Made by a program: the position numbers and the translations under genes. Shown one piece after another: positions 54,183-64,000 of a stretch of DNA of 64,000 bases (the stretch's first letter is position 1; the number at the start of each line of letters is the position of its first letter). The notes beneath the pieces were generated by a model. That model saw nothing but the letters and a program-made list of their open reading frames with translations. It was not told the origin of the DNA and did not search any database. Source of the stretch: an uncultured Ruminiclostridium sp. (lineage in GTDB: Bacteria; Bacillota; Clostridia; Oscillospirales; Ruminococcaceae); NCBI GenBank assembly GCA_944388385.1, contig CALXIO010000004.1, forward strand, positions 20,226 through 84,225, in the 5' to 3' direction.

Positions 54183-54875
54183 TTATACACCGTACTTAGC
54201 TGTGTTTACCTTAACACCGGGGCCCATAGTAGATGATACTGTGCAGCTCTTTAAGTATGCACCCTTAGCTGCAGCGGGCTTAGCCTTAACGATAGCGTCC
54301 ATAAGAGCGTTGAAGTTTTCTTCAAGCTTTTCCTTACCGAAGGAAGCCTTACCGATGGGGCAGTGAATAATGTTGGACTTGTCAAGACGGTACTCAATCT
54401 TACCTGCCTTAGCATCAGCAACAGCCTTTGCTACATCGGGAGTAACTGTACCTGCCTTGGGGTTAGGCATAAGGCCACGGGGACCGAGAACCTTACCGAG
54501 ACGACCTACAACACCCATCATATCGGGAGTTGCAATAACTACGTCGAAGTCCATCCAGCCGTCTGTAATCTTCTTTACTGTATCATCATCAGCTACGAAA
54601 TCTGAGCCTGCGTCAATAGCAGCCTGGATCTTTTCGCCCTTAGCGAATACAAGTGTACGTACAGTCTTACCTGTACCGTTAGGAAGTACAACTGCACCTC
54701 TAACCTGCTGATCAGCGTGACGTGAGTCAACACCGAGTCTTACGTGAAGCTCAACTGTTTCATCGAACTTTGCCTTTGCTGTCTGGCAAACTAAGTCAAG
54801 AGCTTCGTTTGCATCATATGCCTTTGTGCTGTCGATCAGCTTTGCGCTGTCAACGTATTTCTTACCTTGCTTCAT
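54183..54875 (-). CDS. rplA: 50S ribosomal protein L1
   Basis: [15 protein letters not shown]...[14 protein letters not shown]...[14 protein letters not shown] is canonical L1. Confidence 0.97.
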   Translation of the reverse strand: MKQGKKYVDSAKLIDSTKAYDANEALDLVCQTAKAKFDETVELHVRLGVDSRHADQQVRGAVVLPNGTGKTVRTLVFAKGEKIQAAIDAGSDFVADDDTVKKITDGWMDFDVVIATPDMMGVVGRLGKVLGPRGLMPNPKAGTVTPDVAKAVADAKAGKIEYRLDKSNIIHCPIGKASFGKEKLEENFNALMDAIVKAKPAAAKGAYLKSCTVSSTMGPGVKVNTAKYGV

Positions 54876-54924
54876 TCATTATCCTCCTTGTGGTGAAACG
54901 GAATAAATCCTCCCACTGTCTTAA

Positions 54925-55350
54925 TTAGTCAACTACTTCTACACCCATTGAACGGGCTGTACCTGCGATCATAGACATAGCAGCCTCAATAGAACCTGCG
55001 TTAAGGTCACGCATCTTTGTTTCAGCGATCTGCTGAACCTGAGCCTTAGTGATCTTAGCAACCTTGGTCTTGTTGGGTGTGCCGGATGCAGTTTCAATTC
55101 CGCATGCCTTCTTAATAAGAACAGCAGCAGGCGGAGTCTTTGTAATAAATGAAAAACTCTTGTCGGCATAAACTGTAATTACTACAGGGATAATCAGACC
55201 AACATCATTCTTTGTACGCTCGTTGAACTCCTTTGTGAATGCCATGATATTTACACCGTGCTGACCTAATGCAGGGCCAACCGGGGGAGCCGGTGTTGCT
55301 TTACCGGCAGGAATTTGTAATTTAATAAATCCTGTAACCTTCTGAGCCAT
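54925..55350 (-). CDS. rplK: 50S ribosomal protein L11
   Basis: [43 protein letters not shown] is canonical L11. Confidence 0.97.
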   Translation of the reverse strand: MAQKVTGFIKLQIPAGKATPAPPVGPALGQHGVNIMAFTKEFNERTKNDVGLIIPVVITVYADKSFSFITKTPPAAVLIKKACGIETASGTPNKTKVAKITKAQVQQIAETKMRDLNAGSIEAAMSMIAGTARSMGVEVVD

Positions 55351-55382
55351 TTTAACTCTACCTCCAATTAAACAATTAGAAC

Positions 55383-55919
55383 TTAATATTCAACCTTTTT
55401 AAGAACTGAAATCTCAACCTCTGCAGAGGATGTACGTCCCATCATAGAAATGGCAACCTTTGCCTTTCCTGCAGCCTCGTCAATTTCTTCAACGGTACCT
55501 TCCATACCTACAAGGTTACCGCTTACAAATCTGACTGTATCGCCCACAGCAAAGGAAATCTCTGCACGCTTTTGATTTATGCCGAGATTAGCTACCTCGG
55601 CTTCTGTCAGGGGGATGGGTTTTGATCCGGGACCTACAAATCCTGTAACGCCTCTTGTGTTGCGGCATACATACCAGGTATTGTCGGTAAGCACCATCTT
55701 TACAAAAACATAGCTGGGATAAAGGAAGGTTTCCTTGGGGTTGCCCTTGTTGTCAACAATAATGTTGCCCTCTTCATCAAGCTCGTTTACCACAGGAACG
55801 ATAGCATCCTCAATAAGATCCTGCATATCATTGTTCTCTGCGTACTTTAAGATGTTGTTTCTTACACTCTTTTCATAACCTGAGTAGGTGTGAACAATGT
55901 ACCACTTTGCCTCAGACAT
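55383..55919 (-). CDS. nusG: Transcription termination/antitermination factor NusG
   Basis: [13 protein letters not shown]-terminus and a KOW motif at the C-terminus ([22 protein letters not shown]). Confidence 0.95.
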   Translation of the reverse strand: MSEAKWYIVHTYSGYEKSVRNNILKYAENNDMQDLIEDAIVPVVNELDEEGNIIVDNKGNPKETFLYPSYVFVKMVLTDNTWYVCRNTRGVTGFVGPGSKPIPLTEAEVANLGINQKRAEISFAVGDTVRFVSGNLVGMEGTVEEIDEAAGKAKVAISMMGRTSSAEVEISVLKKVEY

Positions 55920-55940
55920 CCTGTGTCCCTCCTAACTTAC

Positions 55941-56231
55941 TCAGTCTGTAACACTCATGCCCAGCGCCAGCTTAATAAGCATGCTGAACAGAATATCCAG
56001 ACCCCATACAAAAATACCGGATACAACAAGTGTAATAAGAACTACTACTGTGTTGTTGAATACAGTCTTCTTGCCGGGCCACACAACCTTTTTGAACTCG
56101 GATTTTAAATCCTTGAAGTATTTAACGATGGATTTCTTGGGCTTCTTAGCTGCTGCAGCCTTTTTGCTGTTCTTCTCGTTAGCCTTCTTCGCCTTTGCTT
56201 CTTCTTTAGTTAAGCTTGTGTCCTTAGCCAT
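55941..56231 (-). CDS. secE: Preprotein translocase subunit SecE (with a Lys/Ala-rich N-terminal extension)
   Basis: YFKDLKSEFKKVVWPGKK followed by one TM helix. Its position between rpmG and nusG is the conserved one. Confidence 0.85.
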   Translation of the reverse strand: MAKDTSLTKEEAKAKKANEKNSKKAAAAKKPKKSIVKYFKDLKSEFKKVVWPGKKTVFNNTVVVLITLVVSGIFVWGLDILFSMLIKLALGMSVTD

Positions 56232-56246
56232 CTGTCAATACCTCCC

Positions 56247-56396
56247 TTACTTGGTCTCCTTGTGTGGAGTATGCTTCTTGCAGAACCTGCAATACTTGGT
56301 CATCTCAAGTCTGTCGGGATCGTTCTTCTTGTTCTTCTTGGTGTTGTAGTTGCGCTGTTTGCACTCAGTACACGCAAGGGTAATTTTAACTCTCAC
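56247..56396 (-). CDS. rpmG: 50S ribosomal protein L33 (49 aa, not in the ORF track)
   Basis: GTG start after GGAGGTG. (M)[48 protein letters not shown] shows the CxxC...CxxC zinc-ribbon L33. Confidence 0.9.
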   Translation of the reverse strand: MRVKITLACTECKQRNYNTKKNKKNDPDRLEMTKYCRFCKKHTPHKETK

Positions 56397-56515
56397 TTTT
56401 CGGCACCTCCTATTTTATTTGCCTCCCTCGAGTCAACGGACTTTTTCCGTGACAGAGCCTTATCTTGTCCTTTAAAAAAAGGCACAAAAAAATAGACCCC
56501 TAATGAGGTATGATA

Positions 56516-56544
56516 ATTATATCACATAAAAACCTGTTTGTCAA
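56516..56544 (-). promoter_or_regulatory. Strong sigma-A promoter of rpmG-secE-nusG-rplKA
   Basis: On the minus strand, TTGACA (extended TTGACAAACAGG), 17 nt, TATAAT. Confidence 0.7.
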
Positions 56545-56582
56545 TAGGGATCTATTAAATTTTTTCAAGAAATTTTACTTTA

Positions 56583-56897
56583 TTATGCCGGAGTTTTTAA
56601 GGTAATGGCATAAACCTTATTTATCTGCATGGGATAGCTTTCGGCAACCATGCCGTCATAATAAACTACCACCTCATCCCCCACACTAAAATTGGTCATG
56701 CTGTCCTTAAGCTCTACATCAAGTGATACAGAATATTCCATATTGTCGCTTACAATAAGAATACTGTCATTGCTTGTTTGCTTTACTACGCCTGTAATAT
56801 TGGGCTCGTTTTGTATAACGCTGTTCATTGTTCTATTGCAGCCTGTAACAGTTAAAGCTAAAATCATTGTTAAAAATAATGCCGTAATTTTTTTCAT
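56583..56897 (-). CDS. Small lipoprotein
   Basis: Signal peptide with lipobox LTVTGC, then a beta-rich mature part. Family not verified. Confidence 0.6.
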   Translation of the reverse strand: MKKITALFLTMILALTVTGCNRTMNSVIQNEPNITGVVKQTSNDSILIVSDNMEYSVSLDVELKDSMTNFSVGDEVVVYYDGMVAESYPMQINKVYAITLKTPA

Positions 56898-56912
56898 AAG
56901 AGCTCCTTTCGT

Positions 56913-57125
56913 TTATCTCAGCTTAATATAAAGCAATATCTGAAATCCGCATAAAAGTGCCAGAAGCACCACCACAAATACCTGGGCTACTCCCCATTGG
57001 GGTATGGAAAATGCCACAAACAAATCCGCAAGTCCTAAAACCACCGCATTTATAAGAAAACGCCTCTGAGCTTTTTTATCTGAGGTATTTTTAAGCTGAA
57101 TACCTACGTTTTGCTTACGCTTCAT
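56913..57125 (-). CDS. Hypothetical 70-aa two-TM membrane protein
   Basis: Basic N-terminus followed by two hydrophobic helices. It overlaps the folD stop by 11 nt, suggesting coupling. Confidence 0.45.
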   Translation of the reverse strand: MKRKQNVGIQLKNTSDKKAQRRFLINAVVLGLADLFVAFSIPQWGVAQVFVVVLLALLCGFQILLYIKLR

Positions 57126-57963
57126 AGTTTCCTGACTGGATACGCTTTGCCATAAGGGTGTTTTTCATCAGCATGGCAATAGTCATAGGTCCAACTCCGC
57201 CCGGTACGGGGGTTATGTATGAGCACTTGGGGGCTACCTCGTCAAACTTAACATCACCGCAAAGCTTGTTTTCGGCGTTTCTGTTCATGCCTACATCAAT
57301 TACTACAGCCCCGTCCTTTACCATATCTGCGGTTACAAAATCAGCTCTGCCAACAGCACTTACCAGTATATCTGCCCTGCGGCAAACCTCTGCTAAATTC
57401 TTTGTTTTGGAGTGGCAGATAGTAACTGTGGCATTTTCGTGAAGTAAAAGCATGGCCATGGGCTTGCCTACTATGTTTGATCTGCCGATAACCACACATT
57501 CCTTGCCTGCCACATCTGTACCTGTGGAATGGATAAGCTCCATAACTCCTGCGGGAGTACAGGGTAAAAAGGCGTAGTTTCCTATCATTATCTTGCCTAC
57601 ATTAACAGCGCTGAAGGCATCCACATCCTTTATGGGGGAAATTGCCTTTATTACCTTTTCTTCATCTAAGTGACCGGGTAACGGAAGCTGACAGAGTATG
57701 CCGTTTACCTTATCATCCTTATTAAGGGTGTCGATAAGCTCTAATAATTCCTCCTCCTTTGTGTCCTCGGGAAGGGCATATTCAAAGGATTTAATTCCGC
57801 ATACCTCACAGGCCTTCTTCTTGTTATTTACATAAACTCTGCTTGCCTGGTTATTTCCTACTATTATAACTGCAAGGCCTACCTCAAGACCCTCTTTTTC
57901 AATGGTATCCTTTATCTGCTGTTTTACTGCCGCAGATACTGCCTTTCCGTCAATAAGCTGCAT
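57115..57963 (-). CDS. folD: Bifunctional methylenetetrahydrofolate dehydrogenase / methenyl-THF cyclohydrolase
   Basis: MQLIDGKAVSAAVK..., GILCQLPLP, GRSNIVGKP and TPVPGGVGPMT motifs. Confidence 0.95.
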   Translation of the reverse strand: MQLIDGKAVSAAVKQQIKDTIEKEGLEVGLAVIIVGNNQASRVYVNNKKKACEVCGIKSFEYALPEDTKEEELLELIDTLNKDDKVNGILCQLPLPGHLDEEKVIKAISPIKDVDAFSAVNVGKIMIGNYAFLPCTPAGVMELIHSTGTDVAGKECVVIGRSNIVGKPMAMLLLHENATVTICHSKTKNLAEVCRRADILVSAVGRADFVTADMVKDGAVVIDVGMNRNAENKLCGDVKFDEVAPKCSYITPVPGGVGPMTIAMLMKNTLMAKRIQSGNYEA

Positions 57964-57965
57964 AA

Positions 57966-59030
57966 TTATTCCTCGCTTTCGTTTTTATCGGTATTATCTT
58001 CGGTTTCTTCCTCGGTATTTTCTTCTACATATAAAATACTGGGAGCTTCATCGGAAGACTGCCTCATGGTCTTTCTTGCCTTAGCCTTTTCTTCAAGCAC
58101 TTTCTGGTGCTTTTCGTACTTTTCTATTCTTTCCTTGCTTTCAGGGGTATTGCAATACATTACATAGCCTGCCTTCTTTGTCTTTGCGGTCTTGCAATAG
58201 ATAAAAATACCTAAGGCTAAAGCAAAGGAAACTGCCGCTACTATCTGTGATACTCTGAAATCCCCTATCATAAGGCTGTCTGTTCTGAGGCCCTCGATCC
58301 AGAAGCGACCCAGACCGTACCACATTACATAAAGCAGGAAAATTTCACCGTCAAAGCTACGAAGCTTCTTTGAGTAGAAATGAAGGGCTAAAAATCCCAC
58401 AAGACACCATAAGCTTTCATATAAGAAACAGGGATGAACAAGGGCATATACACCCTCCCCTATTTCATCAAGTCTTATCTGCTCCTGTATAACAATGGGG
58501 TCCTCTATAATAGTAGTACCTGTCATACCCCAGGGGAGCTTTCCTGCCGTGGGAGCGCCGTATGCCTCCTGGTTTACAAAGTTGCCCCATCTGCCTATGC
58601 ACTGACCGATAAGAAGTCCAAGTCCACCAAGGTCAAACATGGCAGGTAATTTCACCTTGCGGATAACACACATTATTGCCGCCGCTATTGCCGCAAAGAT
58701 AACGCCGCCGTATATGGCAAGTCCTCCGTGACGCAGATCAAAGAAATTTATATCCGTGTCAATGAAGATACAGAAGTATGCCCTTGCCCCTATAAAGCCG
58801 AAAATTATTGCAACAAATACCACATCAAATACATGGTCCGCAATAAGTCCGAACTGCTTTGTTCTCTTCATGGCATAAATAAAAGCAAGTATCACACCTA
58901 AGGCAATAATAATGCCATACCAGTAAATATCAATTCCGAATATGGAAAAGGCTACTCTGTCTATTGCAAGTGAGCCGCTGAAAAGGTTAGGAAACTCAAC
59001 CTTTGCAGTAAGAAGCTGTAATCCGTTCAT
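57966..59030 (-). CDS. lgt: Prolipoprotein diacylglyceryl transferase with a ~80-aa charged C-terminal extension
   Basis: IYWYGIIIALG, GARAYF, GQCIGRWGNFVNQEAYG and GLGRFWIEGLRTD motifs. Confidence 0.92.
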   Translation of the reverse strand: MNGLQLLTAKVEFPNLFSGSLAIDRVAFSIFGIDIYWYGIIIALGVILAFIYAMKRTKQFGLIADHVFDVVFVAIIFGFIGARAYFCIFIDTDINFFDLRHGGLAIYGGVIFAAIAAAIMCVIRKVKLPAMFDLGGLGLLIGQCIGRWGNFVNQEAYGAPTAGKLPWGMTGTTIIEDPIVIQEQIRLDEIGEGVYALVHPCFLYESLWCLVGFLALHFYSKKLRSFDGEIFLLYVMWYGLGRFWIEGLRTDSLMIGDFRVSQIVAAVSFALALGIFIYCKTAKTKKAGYVMYCNTPESKERIEKYEKHQKVLEEKAKARKTMRQSSDEAPSILYVEENTEEETEDNTDKNESEE

Positions 59031-59051
59031 TTTGTCATACCTTCCTGTTAT

Positions 59052-60320
59052 TTATATTTTGTTCTTTATAATAGAGATAGTGCTGTTTTCTTCATCAAAA
59101 TTCTTTAAGGCATTAACCACATCCTCAAATGTGATATCTGCAATAAAATCCACTAAATCATAGGGCTGTGCTCCTGCCAGTTCAAACTCCAGAAGATTGG
59201 ACGCCACAGATTCAACACCGCCGAACATTCCCACAATTTCACCGTAGGTCTTGTTTCTTATGGTGTCAAAATCATCACGGCTGATGCCCTCCTTTTTAAG
59301 TTTGGCAAACTCCTTTAATATCTCCTCATATACCTTGTCCGGGTCAGCGGATTCGCCCTCCGCCATAAGTCCGAAAAAGCCTCTGCCGTTAAAGGCTCTT
59401 ACATAGAAGTTATTATTTATAAGGTTGCTTTCGTACATACGATTATAAAAATCAGAGGTTTTGCCAAGGCATATTTCTCCCATAAGATTATAGAGAATAT
59501 AATCCCTGTAACATTCGCTGCCCTCTTTTGCAGGTAATTTAAAGCCTATATTAAATAAGGGTGTGGCACAGGGTAATTCCTGTATCATTCTGCGCTTGTA
59601 TACCCTGTCGGATTCCTCGGGGACTTTTACCGATAACTGAGGGTCTTCGGATGCAATAAGCATTTTATCGCATACCGCCAGTACCTTATCTACATCTAAG
59701 TTTCCGGCTACTGCCAGTACCATATTATTAAGATTATAGAAGGTGTTATAGCAACGGTAAAGCAAATACTTATCTATATGGGAAATACTTTCTACTGTTC
59801 CTGCTATGTCAATTCTTACGGGATTTTTCTCATACATACCCTGTAGGCAGTTGAAAAATACTCTCCAGTCGGGAGCATCCTCGTACATTCTTATTTCCTG
59901 ACCGATAATTCCCTGCTCCTTAGCTACTGTCTCATCGGTGAAGTAGGGCTTTTGTACAAAGCCCAAGAGGATCTCAAGGTTTTCCTCCAGCTTATCCGCA
60001 CAGGAAAAGAGATAGGCTGTTTTATCAAAGCTGGTAAAGGCATTTGCTGAAGCACCGGTGGCGGCATAAAGTGCAAATGCGTCACAGTCCTCATTTTCAA
60101 ACAGCTTATGCTCAAGATAGTGGGCAATTCCCTCGGGGACTGTTACATAATCCTCATCCTTTGCGGTTTTGAAGGTGGTATCAACAGAGCCGTAACGAGT
60201 GCCGAATAAGGCATAGGCTGTGGAAAAGCCCTTCATGGGATAAAGCATTATTGTGCATCCGCTTTTATGCTTTATGCGGTAGCATTCTTCGTTTATTCTT
60301 TTGTTTACTATCCTTTCCAT
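59052..60320 (-). CDS. M16-family zinc peptidase (active subunit)
   Basis: Inverted zincin motif HYLEH (GIAHYLEHKLFE) and insulinase-like length. Confidence 0.88.
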   Translation of the reverse strand: MERIVNKRINEECYRIKHKSGCTIMLYPMKGFSTAYALFGTRYGSVDTTFKTAKDEDYVTVPEGIAHYLEHKLFENEDCDAFALYAATGASANAFTSFDKTAYLFSCADKLEENLEILLGFVQKPYFTDETVAKEQGIIGQEIRMYEDAPDWRVFFNCLQGMYEKNPVRIDIAGTVESISHIDKYLLYRCYNTFYNLNNMVLAVAGNLDVDKVLAVCDKMLIASEDPQLSVKVPEESDRVYKRRMIQELPCATPLFNIGFKLPAKEGSECYRDYILYNLMGEICLGKTSDFYNRMYESNLINNNFYVRAFNGRGFFGLMAEGESADPDKVYEEILKEFAKLKKEGISRDDFDTIRNKTYGEIVGMFGGVESVASNLLEFELAGAQPYDLVDFIADITFEDVVNALKNFDEENSTISIIKNKI

Positions 60321-61597
60321 TATTCTTCCTCCTTTTTCTCTGAAGTAAGAACATATACGGTATCAAGGGTAACCTTGTTTGCGTTTTCGATAACACGCTT
60401 TAAGTCAACGGACATAATCTCCTCAATTTCATCCTCGGGAGAATGAATATCATCCCCTGTCATAATAAGGGGCAGATACCACCTTACCATTGAGCCTACG
60501 CCGTCTCTTACGCTGCGGCGGGCATTGACCATGGCCTTTTTAGCCTGCTCAAGCTCCTTTTCGGAAACATTTCCGGCCTTTACCTCATCAAGCTGGTAAA
60601 TTATCTCATCCCTTGCCTTTTCTATATTGTCACTTTCAACACCGCAGTTTACAACAACAAACTTCTTGGAGGTATTAAAAGGACCGCTGCAATAGTAACA
60701 AAGGGACATTTTCTCACGGACTATGGTAAACAGCTTTGAGGTAACTGCACCGGGGCCGCCGTAAATGTGATTCATTACAAGAGTACCGATATTATCATCG
60801 CTGTCAACCTTGTAGCCTATTACCATTTTGCTCTGGTTTACATCCATAAGCTCAGTAACATATTGAGGCTCTGTTTTAAGGGCGCTCTTATTTGTTACGC
60901 ATTGTTCAATATCGGCTCTTTCTATTTTTGAAAATGCAGAGGTGAGCTTTTCTTCAACCGCTGAAAAATCATTACAGCCTACACAGAATATCTCACATCT
61001 GTAACTGCTAAGCATATGCTTATAGGCATTGTAAACAATATCCGGAGTAAGTTCCTTTGCCTTTTCGGTTTCGTTCCAGAAGGCTCTTGGCTCATCCTTG
61101 CAGACTGTCTTTAATGCCTGCGCCATGGCATAGATTCTTTTATCGTTTATAATGCTTTCTATATCCTCAATAAGCACATTTCTTTCTGTTTCAAATGCCT
61201 TTTGGGGGAATGTGCCGTTTTGTGTAACCGGAGATAAAAGACAGTCAAGGAGAATTTCTGTAATGCCCTCGGTGAGCTTTTCACCGTTTAATGCGTATTT
61301 GTCATCAAGGCAAACCGCCTCTATGGCAAGCTGTTGTAAATCCCCTACGGTAGTGGAGCTGTCGTTTATGCTTGCGGCATACATACGGGCAAGGAGGTTT
61401 GAAAATTCCTTATTTGTGGGGTATTTGCTGTTGTTTTTGGATAACAGCTGAGGTATAAGGGAATTTGCGGTTACCTTGTCCTTATCTATAACAGAATAGA
61501 AATTTATGCTGATCAGATTGAATTTATATCTGTCATCGGTGATTTTGCTGAAGTATACTTCCTTTGCAATTTCCTTGCGGTAAAGGGGGTTACTCAT
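60320..61597 (-). CDS. M16-family peptidase-like protein lacking the HxxEH motif (non-catalytic partner)
   Basis: Same size class and paired with the active subunit (stop/start overlap). No HxxEH seen. Confidence 0.75.
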   Translation of the reverse strand: MSNPLYRKEIAKEVYFSKITDDRYKFNLISINFYSVIDKDKVTANSLIPQLLSKNNSKYPTNKEFSNLLARMYAASINDSSTTVGDLQQLAIEAVCLDDKYALNGEKLTEGITEILLDCLLSPVTQNGTFPQKAFETERNVLIEDIESIINDKRIYAMAQALKTVCKDEPRAFWNETEKAKELTPDIVYNAYKHMLSSYRCEIFCVGCNDFSAVEEKLTSAFSKIERADIEQCVTNKSALKTEPQYVTELMDVNQSKMVIGYKVDSDDNIGTLVMNHIYGGPGAVTSKLFTIVREKMSLCYYCSGPFNTSKKFVVVNCGVESDNIEKARDEIIYQLDEVKAGNVSEKELEQAKKAMVNARRSVRDGVGSMVRWYLPLIMTGDDIHSPEDEIEEIMSVDLKRVIENANKVTLDTVYVLTSEKKEEE

Positions 61598-61936
61598 TTT
61601 ATCATTCCTTTCTTAAAAAAGCGTCCTTATAAGTATACCATACTATTAAATAAAATTCCATACTTTTTACCAAAAAATCAGAAAAAAAGCAAAAAAAATG
61701 AGCGTGATAACATCACACTCGCAAATGAAATAATGTATAATGTGTAGAACAAAAGAAAGGAGACAACTAAAAAACTAAACATTGTAAGGAGGTTTTCTCC
61801 TTACTATGGTTAAATTATAACGCAAAATAAACAATTTGTCAATTAGTAGGTCGAAAGTTTTTGTTAAAACGTTAAAAGATTGTGCAAATACCCTATAAAG
61901 ATAAGATATTAAATATACACAATGCACAAAAAATAT

Positions 61937-62692
61937 TCACCTTTTACGACGTTTCTTCTTGTCGTTGTATTGTGACAAAACCTGTACAATTTTATCCGCT
62001 TTTTCCTTGCCTATGGGCTTGGGGGCTTCATAACCGGATAAAAATTCCATCAGCTCATCGCTATCGGAACAAACGTTATCGCTGTCAACAAGGTCTAAAT
62101 ACAGGTGTACCGAGGGGGCGGAAAAATAAAGCACAGTATCCACCCATGCCTCTATATCATGGTACATAAGGATATTTTTAAGTATCTCACGCTGTCTTCT
62201 CATCTGCTTTATGGGATTTTGTATAGAGGTTTCGGTGGTCTTGCCGTCCTTATACACCTTGCGCTGAGTCCATGACTCATCCTTATGCTTGCCGTAGATA
62301 TAGCCGTTGTGATTTTTAACCTCTATGATCATAATATATTTTTCACATATTACAAGAAAATCTATCTCAGAACGGTTCTTCTTATATCTTATGGGCTGGT
62401 TTGTGAATACAGTATAATCCTTGCCCAGCTTTTTAAGGGTCTTCATAAGGGATTTTTCTCCCCTGAGTCCCGAGATAAGCACATTGTACCGCTTTGTCAC
62501 CACGATATTGGCAATAGCTGTCAGCACCATAATTCCGATAAAGATATAACCTAAGAGAGGGTTTGTATACAGGTTAAGGAAGATATAGCAGACAAGCAGT
62601 ACCACAGGCAATACGCCGAATATTACCTGAAGTGCAAAAAGAACGGAAATCATCTTGAAATTGTCGTTGCCGTTCTTATAAAAATATGCCAA
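61937..62692 (-). CDS. Membrane-anchored NERD (nuclease-related) domain protein
   Basis: Two N-terminal TM helices, then GLRGEKSLMKTLKKLGKDYTVFTN...SEIDFLVICEKYIMIIEVKN, the NERD core pattern. Confidence 0.75.
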   Translation of the reverse strand: MAYFYKNGNDNFKMISVLFALQVIFGVLPVVLLVCYIFLNLYTNPLLGYIFIGIMVLTAIANIVVTKRYNVLISGLRGEKSLMKTLKKLGKDYTVFTNQPIRYKKNRSEIDFLVICEKYIMIIEVKNHNGYIYGKHKDESWTQRKVYKDGKTTETSIQNPIKQMRRQREILKNILMYHDIEAWVDTVLYFSAPSVHLYLDLVDSDNVCSDSDELMEFLSGYEAPKPIGKEKADKIVQVLSQYNDKKKRRKR

Positions 62693-62838
62693 AATAACAC
62701 CTCCTTAACATTACTGATTAAATTATACTATATTATCCTGCTAAAGTCAACATAAATTTTCTAAAGGACTTGAAAACGGCAAAATTTAGTGATATACTTA
62801 TTGAGATTGAGAATTTTTTGTTGAAAGGACAATAAAAT

Positions 62839-63933
62839 ATGAAGCTTGGTATGGTGGGTCTTCCAAATGTAGGAAAAAGTACCCTTTTTAATGCGCTGAC
62901 AAATGCAGGTGCAGAATCTGCTAACTATCCCTTCTGCACCATTGAGCCTAACGTGGGCATTGTATCTGTTCCGGATGAAAGACTGGACGCTCTTGCAGAA
63001 ATGTATCACCCCGAAAAATTCACCCCTGCTACCCTTGAATTTGTGGATATTGCAGGTCTTGTAAAGGGTGCATCAAAGGGCGAGGGACTTGGTAATAAGT
63101 TCCTTTCAAATATCCGTGAGGTGGATGCAATAGTTCATGTGGTAAGATGCTTTGAGGATGACAATATTATCCATGTGGACGGCAAAATCGGTGCCGTAAG
63201 GGATATTGAAACCATAAACCTTGAGCTTATCTTTTCGGATATTGAAATAGTACAAAGAAGAATAGACAGAACCAAAAAGCAGATGAAGGGTGACAAGAGC
63301 CTTGCCGCTGAGGTGGATTTTCTTGAAAGACTTTTAGCTCACCTTGAGGAGGGCAAGTCAGCCAGATCCTTTGATTTTTCCGAAAGTGAGCAGGATATGA
63401 TAAAGACTACTCCCCTGCTTTCAAATAAGCCGGTAATTTATGCGGCTAATTTATCTGAGGAGGATTTCAGAGGTAATCTTGAAAGTAACGAGCATTACAA
63501 GGCTGTATGCGATATAGCAAAGGAAGAAAACAGCGTGGTGCTTCCCATCTGTGCTCAGATAGAGGCTGAAATTGCGGATATGGATGCAGAGGATAAGGAA
63601 ATGTTCCTTGCGGACCTTGGCCTTAAGGAATCCGGTCTTAACCGTATAATAAAGCAGGGCTATTCGCTTTTAGGTCTTATAAGCTACCTTACAGCCGGTG
63701 TTCAGGAGGTAAGAGCCTGGACTATTACTGAGGGTACTAAGGCTCCCCAGGCGGCAGGTAAAATTCATACCGACTTTGAAAAGGGCTTTATAAGGGCTGA
63801 GGTAGTTGCCTTTGATGATCTTATGGCCTGCGGCGGTATGACAGCGGCTAAGGAAAAGGGTCTTGTAAGAAGCGAGGGCAAGGAATATGTTATGCGTGAC
63901 GGCGATGTGGTGCTGTTCCGCTTTAATGTATAA
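62839..63933 (+). CDS. ychF: Ribosome-binding ATPase YchF
   Basis: [38 protein letters not shown], and the C-terminal TGS-like KGFIRAEV...[18 protein letters not shown]. Confidence 0.96.
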   Translation: MKLGMVGLPNVGKSTLFNALTNAGAESANYPFCTIEPNVGIVSVPDERLDALAEMYHPEKFTPATLEFVDIAGLVKGASKGEGLGNKFLSNIREVDAIVHVVRCFEDDNIIHVDGKIGAVRDIETINLELIFSDIEIVQRRIDRTKKQMKGDKSLAAEVDFLERLLAHLEEGKSARSFDFSESEQDMIKTTPLLSNKPVIYAANLSEEDFRGNLESNEHYKAVCDIAKEENSVVLPICAQIEAEIADMDAEDKEMFLADLGLKESGLNRIIKQGYSLLGLISYLTAGVQEVRAWTITEGTKAPQAAGKIHTDFEKGFIRAEVVAFDDLMACGGMTAAKEKGLVRSEGKEYVMRDGDVVLFRFNV

Positions 63934-63957
63934 TTTTGAAAAAATTTAAAAAAGCCC

Positions 63958-63986
63958 TTGACAAACGGGTTTTGTTTTGGTATAAT
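63958..63986 (+). promoter_or_regulatory. Strong sigma-A promoter reading out of the right edge
   Basis: TTGACA (extended CCCTTGACAAACGG), 17 nt, TATAAT with an upstream TG. It closely resembles the tRNA promoter at 53808. Its target lies outside the window. Confidence 0.65.
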
Positions 63987-64000
63987 TATTTCGCCGCATG

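Noticed and set aside
1-64000. A search for mobile elements, prophage genes, toxin-antitoxin pairs, restriction-modification genes or known defence systems.
   Set aside because: I recognised no transposase, integrase, recombinase, terminal inverted repeats, cas genes or typical defence-gene motifs. The window is essentially core genome.

Overview
This is a 64-kb core chromosomal segment from a low-GC, endospore-forming member of the Clostridia. Gene content suggests an Oscillospiraceae/Ruminococcus-like organism: a cellobiose-2-epimerase homologue and a Pro/Thr-linker plus CBM2-like protein. That taxonomic guess is inference only. I support about 64 protein-coding genes, one frameshifted gene and 3 tRNAs. 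I saw no rRNA, CRISPR array, transposase, integrase or phage genes. The content is mostly housekeeping and sporulation. It includes sigG, spmAB, an abrB-like gene, spoVT, tepA-ylzJ, ftsK/spoIIIE and the yabM-mazG-yabO-yabP-yabQ-divIC block. It also includes rpmG-secE-nusG-rplK-rplA, secA, fba, folD, lgt, aroC, ppa, ychF and a complete [FeFe]-hydrogenase maturation operon (TM1266-like, hydE, hydG, hydF). The items most worth a second look are listed here. (1) An EF-G/TetM-like translational GTPase is fused in frame to a Rae1/YacP-type NYN ribonuclease domain (12640-15183). (2) A 794-aa single-pass membrane protein has a repeat-rich acidic cytoplasmic half and an extracellular Pro/Thr linker plus CBM2-like domain, and lies directly upstream of sigG (8046-10430). 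(3) A perfect 14-bp hairpin occludes the sigG start and overlaps a forespore-type promoter. (4) The hyd operon is extended by an aspartate-ammonia-lyase homologue and a YbaK deacylase, and is preceded by a roughly 200-nt leader ending in an intrinsic terminator. (5) A dedicated ECF transporter operon of unknown substrate carries a PHP phosphoesterase and an RpiR/SIS regulator, and has a palindromic operator array upstream. All coordinates of hairpins, promoters and revised starts were counted by hand and may be off by 1-2 nt. Family names come from motif recognition, not from any database search.
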